This document shows positions 21,539 through 33,900 of a DNA stretch of 64,000 nt, piece by piece; the stretch's first letter is position 1; each line of letters opens with the position of its first letter. The notes below the pieces were generated by a model. The model was not told the DNA's origin. It saw only the letters and a list, made by a program, of their open reading frames with translations, and did not search any database. The position numbers were made by a program, and so were the translations under genes. The stretch is from the NCBI GenBank assembly GCA_043228905.1, contig JBHGNT010000001.1:20336001-20400000 (forward strand), read 5' to 3'. The DNA is from Azolla caroliniana. Taxonomy: Eukaryota; Plantae; Polypodiophyta.

Positions 21539-24500
21539 GATCTGTGCAGCCCATTAGTGGTTCCATTCCCTCTAAGCAAGTTAGTGATGTGTTCGTAGCC
21601 CAAGTAATAGTTAGTACTAAAAGTACCCCTCCAGTACATGTCCTAGCACTCCTAGATTCCGGAGCTAACTCTTGCTTTATGGATAAGAAATTTGCTCAAG
21701 CTTATAAGATATCCCTAAGAAAACTCCAGTGTCCAACCTCTGTAGTAGTCATTGATGGACGTCCCATTGCTTCCGGAAATATCATAGAAGAGTCAGAGCC
21801 CATTAATATTGTCCTAGATAACTTAGCATGTGTAGTATCATTTAATATTATTAGTATCCCAGAACATCCCATAGTTTTAGGATTACCGTGGTTCGGGTTC
21901 CATAACCCAGACATAGATTGGAGAACAAGAGAAATCCGGTGTCGACAAATCCAAGGGTCAACTCAGAAGATGGCAACCATTTCGCTATGTCAGTTGCGTA
22001 AAGAAGGGCGCAAGGAAGAAATGTTCCTCTTTGCAATATCAGTAAACCCCTCCAGCACCACTAAAGAAGAATCCACCGTTCAACTTCCCGAGAAGTATCG
22101 TCATTACATCGATGTGTTCGATAAAGTACAAGACAACACACTTCCTCATCATTGACCGTACGATTGCCCCATCGATTTACAACCGGGAAAAGAGCCGCCA
22201 TGGGGACCGATCTACAATTTGTCACCAACCGAGCTGGAAGTCCTTCGGGCCTATATAGAGGAGAATTTGGAAAATGGTTTCATTCGGCACTTGAAATCTC
22301 CAACTGGCGCGCCCATTTTCTTCGTCAAGAAAAAGGATGGATCGCTTCGTCTCGTTGTAGATTATCGTGGCCTGAATAAGGTTACAATCAGGAATAGGTA
22401 TGCTCTTCCCCTTATCTCAAGTCTTTTAGAACGGATCAATGGTGCCAGGTTCTTCACGAAGATCGACTTACGGGGAGCATATAACCTCGTATGGATCCGA
22501 CCAAGAGACGAATGGAAGACCGCGTTTCGCACCAGATATGGGCACTTCGAGTATACGGTCATGCCGTTCGGCCTCACTAATGCGCCGACAGTCTTTCAGC
22601 ACATGGCTAATGATATATTCCGAGATCTATTGGATGATTGTTTGATCATCTATTTGGATGATCTACTGGTTTATTCAAAGACCCAAGAAGAACATGATTC
22701 TCATGTACTATTAGTACTAAAACGACTTCGAGAACATGGTCTATATGCAAAGCTGGAAAAATGTAGTTTCGGGTGCAACCAAGTGGAATTTCTCGGGTAC
22801 ATCATTTTGTCAGAAGCCATCTCCATGGACCCAGCTAAGGTCAAAACGGTGGTAGAATGGCAGACTCCGCGTTCGGTGCGGGATGTGCATTGCTTCCTAG
22901 GCTTTGCCAATTTTTACCGGAAGTTCATACAAGATTACTCAAAAATCGTTCTACCTCTCACACAACTTACCAGGAAGGGACAACCGTTCATCTGGTCTGA
23001 AGAAACGGACATGGCTTTCGAGAGTCTTAAAAAGGCATTTACATCAGCTCCAATTCTAGCTCATGTTGATCCGGAAAAACCATTCATTATCGAAGCTGAC
23101 GCATCGGATTTTGCATTGGGGAGCATTCTGTCACAACAGGGGAATGATGAGAAGCTACATCCTGTGGCTTTTCACTCACGCAAGTTTGACGCCGCTGAAA
23201 TCAACTACGAAATTCATGATAAGGAGCTATTGGCAATAGTGGATTCTTTTATGCAATGGAGGCATTTTCTAGAGGGATCCTCTCATCCGGTCACTGTATT
23301 TAGTGACCACAAAAACCTTGCCTACTTTTAGGATGCTCGTGTGTTGAATCGACGTCAAGCTCGGTGGGCCCACTTCCTCACGCGTTTCGACTTCAAAATT
23401 ACATATCATCCAGGGAAGCACCAAGGGAAGGCAGATGCATTATCACGGCGTTCGTATCTAGCACCCCGTCCCGGCGAGCCAACTTTCGATAACAAAAAAC
23501 AAGTCATCTTGGGACCGGCACGACTACAAGCAACACAGATCTTTGACATGCCCATGGATTCCCGCGTTATCGATACCATACGCGAAGACTTGAAGACAGA
23601 TGCGTTCTCCCAAGCTATACTAGAACAAATTGATCCCTCTCGAGCGTCGTGTTCACAGTCGCAACCACCAGGTACGGACTATCGGCAATTCAAATACCAT
23701 GATGGATTACTCTTCTTTAAAGAACTTTTGTATGTTCCTAATGGTTCTGGTCGCCTTCAAGTAGTACAAAACTGTCATGACACATATACAGTTGGGCATT
23801 TTGGTAGTACTAAAACATTACATTTAGTACAATGATCATTCTGGTGGCCCTGTATGCGACAATTTGTCGAGGATTTTGTTCGGACTTGTGATACATGCTG
23901 CAGAGCGAAAATGCCAAGGCATCATCCATATGGTTTATTAGAACCATTACCAATTCCAAGCAAGCCGTGGCAATCTATTGCTCTAGACTTCATCACAGAT
24001 CTTCTAGTCTCTAAGGGGTTCAATGCGATTCTAACGGTGGTCGATCGATACACGAAGATGGCTCATTTCTTGCCATGTACTAAGGAGATCTCCAGTGAAG
24101 ACACTGCCGAAATTGTCATGAGTGAAGTATGTCGGCATCATGGACTTCCCGATAGTATCATCAGCGACCGTGGACCCCAATTCGTGTCAAAATTCTGGAA
24201 GCACCTTTTTAACATGCTCAAGGTCACTTGTAACCTCTCCTCCGGCTACCACCCCCAAACCGATGGCCAAGCCGAATGAACCAATCAAACGCTGGAGCAG
24301 TATCTGCGGTGCTTTCTTAGCTATCATCAGGATGACTGGGCAGATATCCTCCACTTCGCCGAATTTGCCTATAACAACTCTATCTACGCATCCACTAAAG
24401 TTACGCCATTTTATGCTTATACGGGATGTCACCCCCGGTGGTGTGTACTTGAAACCCCAGAGGTGTCCACAAATCCTTGCGCAGAAGATCGTTTGGAGAG

Positions 24501-25083
24501 GTTACGCAAGATACAAGCGGATATATCTACTCACCTCCAACAAGCTCAACAAACACACAAGGTTTATGCGGATCATCATCGACTCCCATCTAGTTTTAAC
24601 ATTGGAGATCGGGTATGGCTACTCCGACGACACATCAAGACCACTCGCCCATGCGAGAAGTTGGATTATCGACGATTAGGTCCTTTCCATATTATAGGAA
24701 AGATTAATGATGTCGCTTTTCATCTTGATCTACCTCCACAACTTCGGATACATCCGGTGTTTCATAGTTCTCTCCTCGAACCCTATCAAGAGAGCACCAT
24801 CCCAGGACGTATTACACAGCCTCCACCCCCGATCGAGCTTGAAGATGAACCTGAGTACGAGGTTGCCGCCATCCTTGATTCCAAGCTTGTTCGCAACAAG
24901 CTCTACTATCTAGTCGATTGGCTAGGATATAGTCCCAGCGAGCGTACTTGGGAACCGATAGAGAATGTCACCAATGCTCGTACTCTTCTTGAAGACTTCC
25001 ATCGTCAATATCCAGACAAACCGGGTCCTCAATCCAAAACGACTCGTTACACTCGTCGTTTTAAAGGGGGGATAGTGTCATGA
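21500..25083 (+). pseudogene. pol: F pol (PR, RT, RNase H, integrase, chromodomain) with a few premature stops
   Basis: Same-frame ORFs 21526-22155, 22219-23331, 23341-23835, 23854-24279, 24463-25083. Confidence 0.96.
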
Positions 25084-25494
25084 TATGGCAAGACTCGAAC
25101 CCATGACCTTATGCTACATGGGTCGAGCTCTTGACCATTAGACTATACGTTGTAATACGTAGAATATTATTTTCATTTATGTTTTATTATAGAAAATTGA
25201 TGTATATTCCAGATTTCTCTGGAACATTCTAGAAACTTCGGGAGTATTCCTTAGAACACTATAAAAGGAGGCACAAGGCATTATTTCAAACCAAATCGGT
25301 TCAACGCCAGTCTTAAGCCTCCTAGCTACTGTACATTTTCTTCACATAATATATATCTTTCTTATCATCACTCTCTCTCTCTCCCTCCCTCTCTCTCACT
25401 CACTCTTTCCTTCTCTCGAGAGTTCTTCACCTCTCTTAGTACTAATATTTCTTTTAGTACTAATTCCTTCTCTGTCTTAGTACTGTTCCTGACA
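25076..25494 (+). repeat. 3' LTR of F, with a perfect 4-unit HSE at 25221-25240
   Basis: Direct repeat of 19835-20273; GAAcaTTCtaGAAacTTC. Confidence 0.96.
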
Positions 25495-25499
25495 CTGAC

Positions 25500-27276
25500 T
25501 TATTTCCAAAATGCTCGAGTCTTGAGTCGGCGACAAGCCCGGTGGGCGCAATTTTTGACTCACTTCGATTTTATCATCATATATCGCCCTGGGATGCAGC
25601 AAGGCAAAGCAGATGCTCTTTCTCGGCGCTCTTATATGGCAGTTCGTCCAGGGGAACCTGCATTTGAGCATAAAAAACAAATCCTTTTGGGTCCTAATCG
25701 ATTACGATTAATGGTAGTTAACGCCATAACAACTCTTGAAAATTCCACTATTCTTGATTCCATTCGAGATCATATGGCCACTAATGATTTCGCCAAGGAT
25801 GTTTTGGATCATATTGTCCCGGATTGTGCTTCTTGCTCACGGTCGAAAAATCCTCGTAATGACTATTGTCAGTTCTATTGGCATGGTGGTTTTCTATTTA
25901 GACAAAATTTATTGTATGTTCCTGATGGTCCCCCACGGCTACAAGTTTTGCAATATTGCCATGACTCACCAATGGCTGGTCATTTTGGAGTTCACAAGAC
26001 TCTAGAATTAATTTCTCGACGCTATTGGTGGCCTCGCCTTCCTCATTTTGTTGAGGATTATGTTCGGAGTTGTGATATATGTTGTCGATCAAAGAATCCT
26101 CGTCACCGACCCTATGGCTTACTACAACCACTTCCCATTCCGTAAACTCCTTGGAAGTCTATATCCTTGGACTTCATTACTGATCTCCCAGTTTCAAAAG
26201 GTTTTGATGCAATTCTCACAGTGGTTGATCGATTTACCAAAATGGCACATTTCTTGCCATGTACAAAGTCGATTACTAGTCAAGAGGCGGCTGATCTCGT
26301 TATGCGGGAGGTATTTAAGCATCATGGTCTGCCGGATGATATTATTAGTGATCGTGGTCCACAATTCATCTCAAAGTTTTGGAAGCACATGTTCAAACTT
26401 CTTCACATTTCAGTTAAGCTTTCTTCGGGCTATCATCCTGAAACAAATGGCCAAACAGAGCGTACCAACCAGACATTGGAACAATATCTTCATTGTTTCA
26501 TCAACTATCAACAAGATGATTGGGTTGCTTTTTTGCACTTGGCGGAATTCGCTTACAACAACTCAGCCCATTCTTCTACAGGATATTCCCCATTTTTCGC
26601 AAATATGGGCTGTCATCCTCGGTGGACGATGAATGCGCATCCAAAAGTTCCTACCAACCCTGGTGCCGAGGATCGTCTTAGTCGCCTCCAAGAAATTCAA
26701 GCTAACATTCTCCACAATTTGCACGATGCTCAATTTACACACAAGAGGCTTGCCGATCGTCATCGTCTAGACTCCTCAAAAAAGTTCCGCATTGGGGATT
26801 ATGTATGGCTTCTCCAACACAACATCAAGACCACTCGACCTTGTAGTAAATTGGATTACCAACGTTTTGGCCCTTACATGATCACTGGTAAGATAAGTGA
26901 TGTTGCATTTCGTCTTGACCTCCCTCCGCACATGCATCTTCATCCGGTGTTTCATGTATCCCTTTCGGAACCTTATACTACAAGTTCAATTCCGGGCCGA
27001 CTTACGACACCCCCACCACCTGTCGAGTTCTTGGACGGGCCTGAATTTGAAGTTGCTGCCGTTCTCGATTCTAAAATCGTGCGCAACAAGCTGTATTACT
27101 TAGTCGATTGGCTAGGTTATACCCCCAATGATCGAACTTGGGAACCTGCCGCAAATCTTTCCAATGCTCCAGAACTCGTCAATGCATTTCATCGCCAATA
27201 TCCTTGTAAACCATGTCCTAATACAAACCCTACGACCCGTGAGACATGTCGTCGAAGAAGGGGGATAGTGTCATGA
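25500..27276 (+). pseudogene. pol: E pol, 3' part (integrase, chromodomain)
   Basis: ORFs 25522-26145 and 26167-27276; reading continues from DHKNLT at 19834. Confidence 0.95.
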
Positions 27277-27736
27277 TAACACTCACATCATGCATCAAAA
27301 GGATGATGAAACTCACATTATGACTCGAAAGGATTTGAACCCACGACCTTGTTGTACACATGTCAAATCCTTAACCATTCTATTAATATTCTTATATGTA
27401 TAGTCTCTAGAATATGAAATCTAATATCATAGGAATATTCTATATTACTCTACATTCTAGAATGACCTAGAATATTCTAGAGTGTTCTATACCACTAGAA
27501 CCTTCTAGAATACTCTAGAGATCTTCTAGATTACTCTACATTCTAGGATAACCTAGAATATTCTAGAGTGTTCTCTATTACTTATAAATAGGGATCTACC
27601 ACCCATCCCAAACCTAAATTGGTTCAACGCCATTTTGTAGCCTACTCTTTGTAATCCATTTTACGCTTCAATACAATAATTCTCTTCAATTATCTCTCTA
27701 TCTCTTTTTCTCTCTTTCTCTCTCTCAGTCTTGACA
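27269..27736 (+). repeat. 3' LTR of E (468 bp)
   Basis: TGTCA...TGACA after the PPT; holds self-primer AAATTGGTTCAA at 27616-27627. Confidence 0.96.
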
Positions 27737-27741
27737 CATTC

Positions 27742-30504
27742 CAGGCTCCGTTCTATTACCGGTGTCGCTTTCCCCGGTCTCGACTGGTCGGTTCGCTGCT
27801 ACTTCTTCCTCTGCTTCGAAGTTAACCTACAACAACTCTTCTTCACTCCTGGCGTTGGCCTGCAACTGCTCCTCCCGATTCATCTAGACCGGTTGTTCAT
27901 CTTCGGTTGCTTCCTGTCGGGGTGGTTTGGTGTTGGTTGGTTGTGTCCCAGCCGGTCTCTCTTCATCACTTATTGTGATGGGCGTTGTTTTACCCTCGGC
28001 TTCCTGTTGTCGACGTTGCTCGTACTTCTCTAACTCCATCTGCGTTTCGGGCTGCCCGTCGTCCAGTCTTTCCACCAACCCCCGGATCTCCTTTAGATGT
28101 TCTTCTGCCAAAGCGAAGAAATCCTCCGACGATTCTTCCTGAATGGTGACTATGCTTTCTTCATCCATTTTATAAAATTTGTCACCTCTCTTCCGCCGGT
28201 TCTCAGCATCAGCTCGGAGTGTCTGCAACTCTGCTGCCTGTTGTGCCCACTCCTTCCATACCTTCTCAGCACTTTCATTGATACTCGTCTGAGCTCGGTC
28301 CTTCCATGCCGACATGATGAGCCGGATAGGGTCCACTCCTACTTGAGCCCGTGCATTCGCCTCTTCCTTTTCCTTCCTCAATCGTATTATATTTGCCGCC
28401 GCCGCCTGGGCTTGGCTTTCATACTCCGCTGCCTTCCGTTCATATGTACTCTGAAGTTTGTTCAACGTATAAGTAGCCTGTTCCTTTTCTTCGTTCCAGT
28501 TCTTGGCCAGCTCCAGCTTTTCCCGCCTCAACGCTTCCAATTCCTTCCTTCGCGTCGTTGCTTCGGTTATCTCTGCCGACAATGCTTCCTTTTTGGCACT
28601 CACTTCAGTCTCCTTCAGCTGCTCTTTAAGCTTTTCTATCTGCCGGTCGTACTCCGCTCCCCGTTTCTTGTTGTCCGACTCTGCCTGCTTGTGGTCCCGA
28701 TACAGCCTGTCGAAATCCTCTGTTTTCTGCTTCAGTCGTCGGGTCACCTGAGCCCGTAACCGGTTGCCCCGGTCCTTCTATTGCCGGAGTTCTTCCTGTA
28801 GACATTCAATTTCTATCTCGGCATGTCGACACAGTCTATCCTTTTCCTTTTGTAGCTTGTCCTTCTCCTCTCTCAGTCGGTCGTTATTGGCCTGGACTTT
28901 CCGGAGGCCCTCTTCCATCCTCCGTCTGTCCTCTTCCACCAATTTCCGCTGCTCTCGTTCTTTTTCTCTCAACGCCTCCTAAGCCCTTAACTCCTCTCTC
29001 AAGGTTGCTATGACTTTTTCGGACTCAGGGCCGGTTTGCAAGGCCTCTCCTTCCACCGATTCCGGTTGCTTTCTTGTTGTCCCGACTGGCTCGGTGACAA
29101 CCTGTGCTTGTTGGCTCGTTGTGTCTGCTTCCGCCACCCTTTCATTTGCCTGTATCAGCTCCCCCTGCAACTCCTGAATCTGTGTTCGGAGCGAGACCAA
29201 TTCTTGGGTTGTTGTTCACGTAAGGTGTTCCCTACGCATTTCCTCCTCATCCATTTGGTCTGCTACCCCCGACACTTGTTCTGAGAGCCACCTCAGCCAC
29301 TGTTGCATGGTAGTTCTTTCCAGTCCATCATCTGGGGTGCTTTGCACGCTTCTGCTCCTTGGTCCAGGCTGTTGCTCTTGTCCACCCTCCGGATGTGTTG
29401 CGGTCTTCTCTGGTTCCGACACCCGTTCATTTCCCAAGTCCGGGAATGACGGTTCTCTACCGAAATCTGGCAAAACCTGTTCTGGTGCTACCTCCTTTGG
29501 TGCGGCCCTGGCTTCTTCTTGTTTCCCTTCCGCCTCGGTTACTGGAGTCGGTCCCTTCGCCCGTCGCTGAGTGCCGCCAACTAGTGGAGCTGGTCCTTTT
29601 GCCCGTTTCTCCCGACCCTGTCTCGGTGGGAGTCTCTCCAGTGGTTCGGCTGAGTCCTCCAGCTCAGCTTCCTCCTTCGATGCGGTTCCCAGACGGATCT
29701 TTTGTACAAAGTCCTCTGGTTCAGGTTCCAGCCGGTGCGTTCCGGCCGTCGCACCGGCCGTCGCACCGGCTCTTCTTCGGCCGGTTCTTGTGCGCAGGTG
29801 GTCTTCTTTGTCGCTTTTTCCTTCCCCTTCCCCGCCGGTTTTGCCTATGCCGCCACCTGTTCCGGTTGTTGTCGGGATGGCCCTTCTTCCGGTTGTTCTT
29901 CTCCTTCCTAGGTCCATCCCGGAGTGTGTTTTTCCAGGAGTTGTCGGCGTTTTGTTGTCTTCTTAGGAGTGGTCTCCTGCCGACCTCGCTTCTTCTGTCT
30001 GATGGGGAGAACCGGTGGGAACAACACAGTCAGCCACTGCGCTATACCGGCCCATGACTTCTTCCCATCCACCAGGTTCTCGATTGCGTCCTTCAATCCT
30101 TCGGTTATGAAGTGGAGCAAGTCCACTCGCAGCCCTTCATACGCTGCAATCACGAACCCTGTCTGGTACTTTGGTATGGCCAGGGGGCGAGGGTGTACAA
30201 ACCCGTGCTCCACTTCATAACCGAACAACAGGTTCTGTCCGCCTTGCGTTCGGTACGCCTTGCTGCCTAACGAGTATTCTCCGAAGTATTCAAACAAGAT
30301 CTGATTGGAGGGGTTCTCGATAGATCAGAGTCCTCCGGCTTGTAGTCCTGTGAGCACCTACACCGCGCCTTCCGTGACCTCCGACAAATCGATTGTTGTT
30401 GCCGCCTACTCCGGTTCTGCGTGTGGTGGAGCGTCGGTGATTTGCAGCAATCCTTCCAAACCGTTTTCTGTCATCCATTGCAGTGCTTCCTCTGACAGCG
30501 CCAT
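27742..30504 (-). pseudogene. Third ORF of D, same sense as pol; C-terminal tail continues at ~16604-16430
   Basis: ATG at 30504 (MALSEEALQWMTENGLEG...); fragments 29908-30297, 29216-29917, 28979-29200, 28778-28972, 27884-28747 (E/K/R-rich coiled coil). Confidence 0.8.
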
Positions 30505-30985
30505 GGGTCCTGCTTCTTCCTCTAGGGTTTGCTGCTCGGTGTGGGAGATACGCGCTGAGTGTGTGGGTGCTCTTCTGTGCCTTGCGCCTGTATGACTGAA
30601 AATTCGTAAAACGTGAATCCCTCACATGCCTTTGCATTTTGTAGGTGCATTTTTCTCGAGCCGTCCTTCCATGATTCCCACGCATGCATCTATCCTGCCA
30701 TACTTAGCAAGTCCTTTCTTGATTCCCGCGCATGCATATCTCCTCGTACTTCGGTTCCTGCGCTTTAAATAGTAAGTCCTTGCCCACGCTCTGTGCGTTA
30801 AATAGCAAGTCCCCCACGTCTCTCCATTTATTAAATGGCGCCTTTTCATTTTGTAATTGGCGGCACTTCCTTTATTAATGGCTGGTGCTCCCACCTCTTC
30901 CATTCTCCTTCATCATTATTACCTGTTTATTCTTATTCATTTATGTTTTCATTTTTCTTGTTTTCTTTTTCCAAAGTCTGTCACG

Positions 30986-33900
30986 TCACTTGTCGGTTAT
31001 AACCGGGTTGTCTGGATTAGTTCTCGCCAGTACCGGGACCTCTTCTTGCCGGTTATCCAGATCGGTTCCTGCCGGTGCCGGTTCCTCCTCTTGCCGGTTC
31101 TCCGGGTCGCGTGGTTCCGTGTTCCTTTGGAACGGGTTGGCTGGCATACGTCCTTTGTAAGGCTTCAGCCGGAAACCATTTGCCCATTTGCCGATGACTT
31201 CTCCCGCCAACATGCCGAGCTGGTACAACCCATTGTACTCCTTGGTTATCCAGAACGGTCCGGTCCACCGAAACCGTAATTTCCCTGGAATGTTCCCCAT
31301 TCGGGTCTGGAACAGTAGTACCGGTTTCCTGACTTCAAACTCCTTTTCATTGCCCCGCCGATGCCGGTCCACGAACGCCTTCCTTCTCCTTTGTTCCAGT
31401 TCCAACTGCAACAAATTGGCTATCCGGTTTTCCTCCAACTCCAATAATGTTTTCAGTCGAATTCGTTCGGACTCTTTTTCGCTCAAGCGTTCCTTTACCT
31501 AGATCTGTAAACTGGGGATCTGAAATTCGACCGGCATCACTGCTTCTAAGCCGAATGCCAGTCGGAACGGGGTTGTCCGAATGCTGGTCTTATATGTTAT
31601 CCGGTACGCCCAAAGTGCGCTCTGCAAGTTTTGTGTCCCAATCGGTTCGGTTCTCGCTGAGAATCTTCCGTAGAATGTTTTGCAGGGTCTTGTTCGTCGA
31701 CTCAGCTAGTCCGTTGGCTTGCGGGTAGTAGGGAGTGCTTCGTTTGTGTACTACCGCGTAAAATGACGTCAAACTTTCCACTACCTGCACGAGAAAGTGC
31801 CCTCCTTGATCGCTTATTAACTCGATCGGGCAACCATACCGACACCATATGCATTCGTACAGGAATTTCGTTGTGGAAGCAGCCGTGTTGTCCCTTAATG
31901 CCTTTGCCTCCACCCAGTTGGTACAGTAGTCGGTAGCCACTATGATATAACGATTTCCGGTTCTCATGGTCGGGGGCTTAAAGGGATCGACAAAGTCCAG
32001 TCCCCGCTTCTGAAACGGTTCCAAGGGCAGAACCGGGTGGTGCGGCATTCTGGCCTGCTCCGTTGGTTAGCCCAGTCGCTGGCACAAATCACATTCTTTG
32101 TTATACCTTACAACATCCTTTAGAGTGGTTGGCCACCACAGCCCGCTTTGCCATATCTTCCGGGCTGTTGCTTCGTCGGCATAATGCCCTCCGGCTATGC
32201 CACAGTGGGCTTCCCTGAGGATCAAATCTTTTTCGTCACTCCGCACCGTTCGTCTCTAGGGTGTCTCCGACCAGACAGAAGTGTCAGCTTTTGACCGCCA
32301 CCCGTTTCCTCTCGTCACGATCCATATTTTCCGGGGGTACTCCGGTGCTCAGGAACTGGTGCATTTCGGTTAGCCATTTGTCCTCGTCTGCCACCGTTGC
32401 ATCCGCGGCCGGCTCTGTCGTGATCCGGAACAACTTGGCGTCGGGAAACTCATCTTGTACGTCGTTGCCTGCTTCGCCGGATTCGAGCCTACTTAAGTAA
32501 TCGACTACCGCATGCTGCACCCCGGGTCGGTGGAAGATGTCAAATTCGAATTCTTGTAGTAGCAATGTCCACCGTGCGATCTTCCCGGTCAATGATGCAT
32601 TTGATACCAGGTAAAGTAATGCTGAATGGTCTACATGGAAGGAGAATTTCCTTCCGAGTAAGTAGTGTCTGTACTTTGTGACACTATATACCATACCCAA
32701 GGCCTCTCGTTCCGTTGTGGAGTAGTTCCGTTCTGCTTTTGAGAGTTTTCGGCTCGCGTAATATACCGGCCGGTACCATTTTGGCTCCGTTAGCTGTATT
32801 AGAACACTGCCGATTGCAACGTCCGACGCGTCGACAAAGACGTGAAAGCTTTTGGTCCAATCCAGCGGTTGAACTACCGGGGCTTGTGATAGCATAACCT
32901 TTAGTGCTTGGTATGCCTTTTCTTCGGTGTCCGCCCATTGGAAGGGCACCCGGTGTACGGCGGCGTGTAATGGTGTAGCACAATCCGCGAGGTGCCGTAT
33001 CATCCGGCTATGCCACCTAATTTGGCCCAGGAACCGACTTAGGGCTTTCGCGTTGCTTGGCGCCGGTGCCTCGAGGATTGCTTTTACCTTGTCTGGATCT
33101 ACCGCGATCCCTTCCTTGCTCACCACGTGTCCCAGTAGGTTGTCGTTCGCTACTCCAAAGACACATTTGGCCGGGTTCAAGCTCAGATGATATTCTCTGC
33201 ACTTTCTAAGCATAACTGCAGGTGATCGAGATGCTCCGCTTGTCGGCCGTAGACCGCAAAATCGTCGAGGAATACCTGCATAAACCCCGGAATGTACTCT
33301 CCAAATATTTCCATTATTATACGTTGGAACGTTGTTGGGGCCGTCTTTAACCCGAACATCATCACGACTACCACAAACACCCCCCATTCTGTAACGAAGG
33401 CCGTTTTCTCCTAATCGGCCGGGTGCATTCGGATCTAGGAAACTGTATACTTCATGGCCCGCCACCGCATCCAGCACCCCGTCCGTAAACGGTAGTGGGA
33501 ATGCGTCGGTTACTATTGCCGTGTTCAATTTCTGGTAATCTACGCCTACCCGGATCTTGTCGTTCTTCTTTGGAACAACCACTATCGGGCTTAGCTAGGT
33601 CGCCTGCTTTACTGGTCGGATGAACCCGACCCGGAGTAACTTGTCGATTTCCTCCTTGACCTTTGCCGCATAGTTCGGGTTCATCCAGTACCTTCGTTGG
33701 GCTATTGGTTTCGCGTCTGTACTCAGATGAATCTGGTGTTGGTACAGCTAGGGGTTCAGCCCTCGCATTTCTTCATACGACCATGCGAATACGTCCCTGA
33801 AATCCGTTAGCAGTGCCACCATTGCTTTCTTTTCCTCGTCCAAAAACTCCTTTGCCACGTTGACCGGTCTTGGCTTGTCCGTCGTACCGAGGTCCACCTC

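Larger units (their letters stand above)
19835..25494 (+). mobile_element. Chromovirus 'F' (Tcn1-like), full length, best-preserved element in window
   Basis: LTRs 19835-20273 and 25076-25494 (~8 substitutions by eye plus a microsatellite indel); perfect TSD CTGAC (19830-19834 / 25495-25499); gag-PR-RT-RH-INT-chromodomain; PPT AAAGGGGGGA 25063-25072. Confidence 0.97.
16605..27736 (+). mobile_element. Chromovirus 'E' (Tcn1-like Ty3/Gypsy), full length, interrupted by F
   Basis: LTRs 16605-16987 and 27269-27736; perfect TSD CATTC (16600-16604 / 27737-27741); gag with CLYCGGLGHIAVNC; YLDD RT; chromodomain FEVAAVLD...YLVDWLGY...TWEP; PPT GAAGAAGGGGGA. Confidence 0.96.

Noticed and set aside
27884-29917. 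Captured host myosin/SMC-like gene, or an env gene
   Set aside because: It sits at the same position in two family members inside LTR bounds, has no motor or ATPase motifs, and no signal peptide or TM helix is seen.
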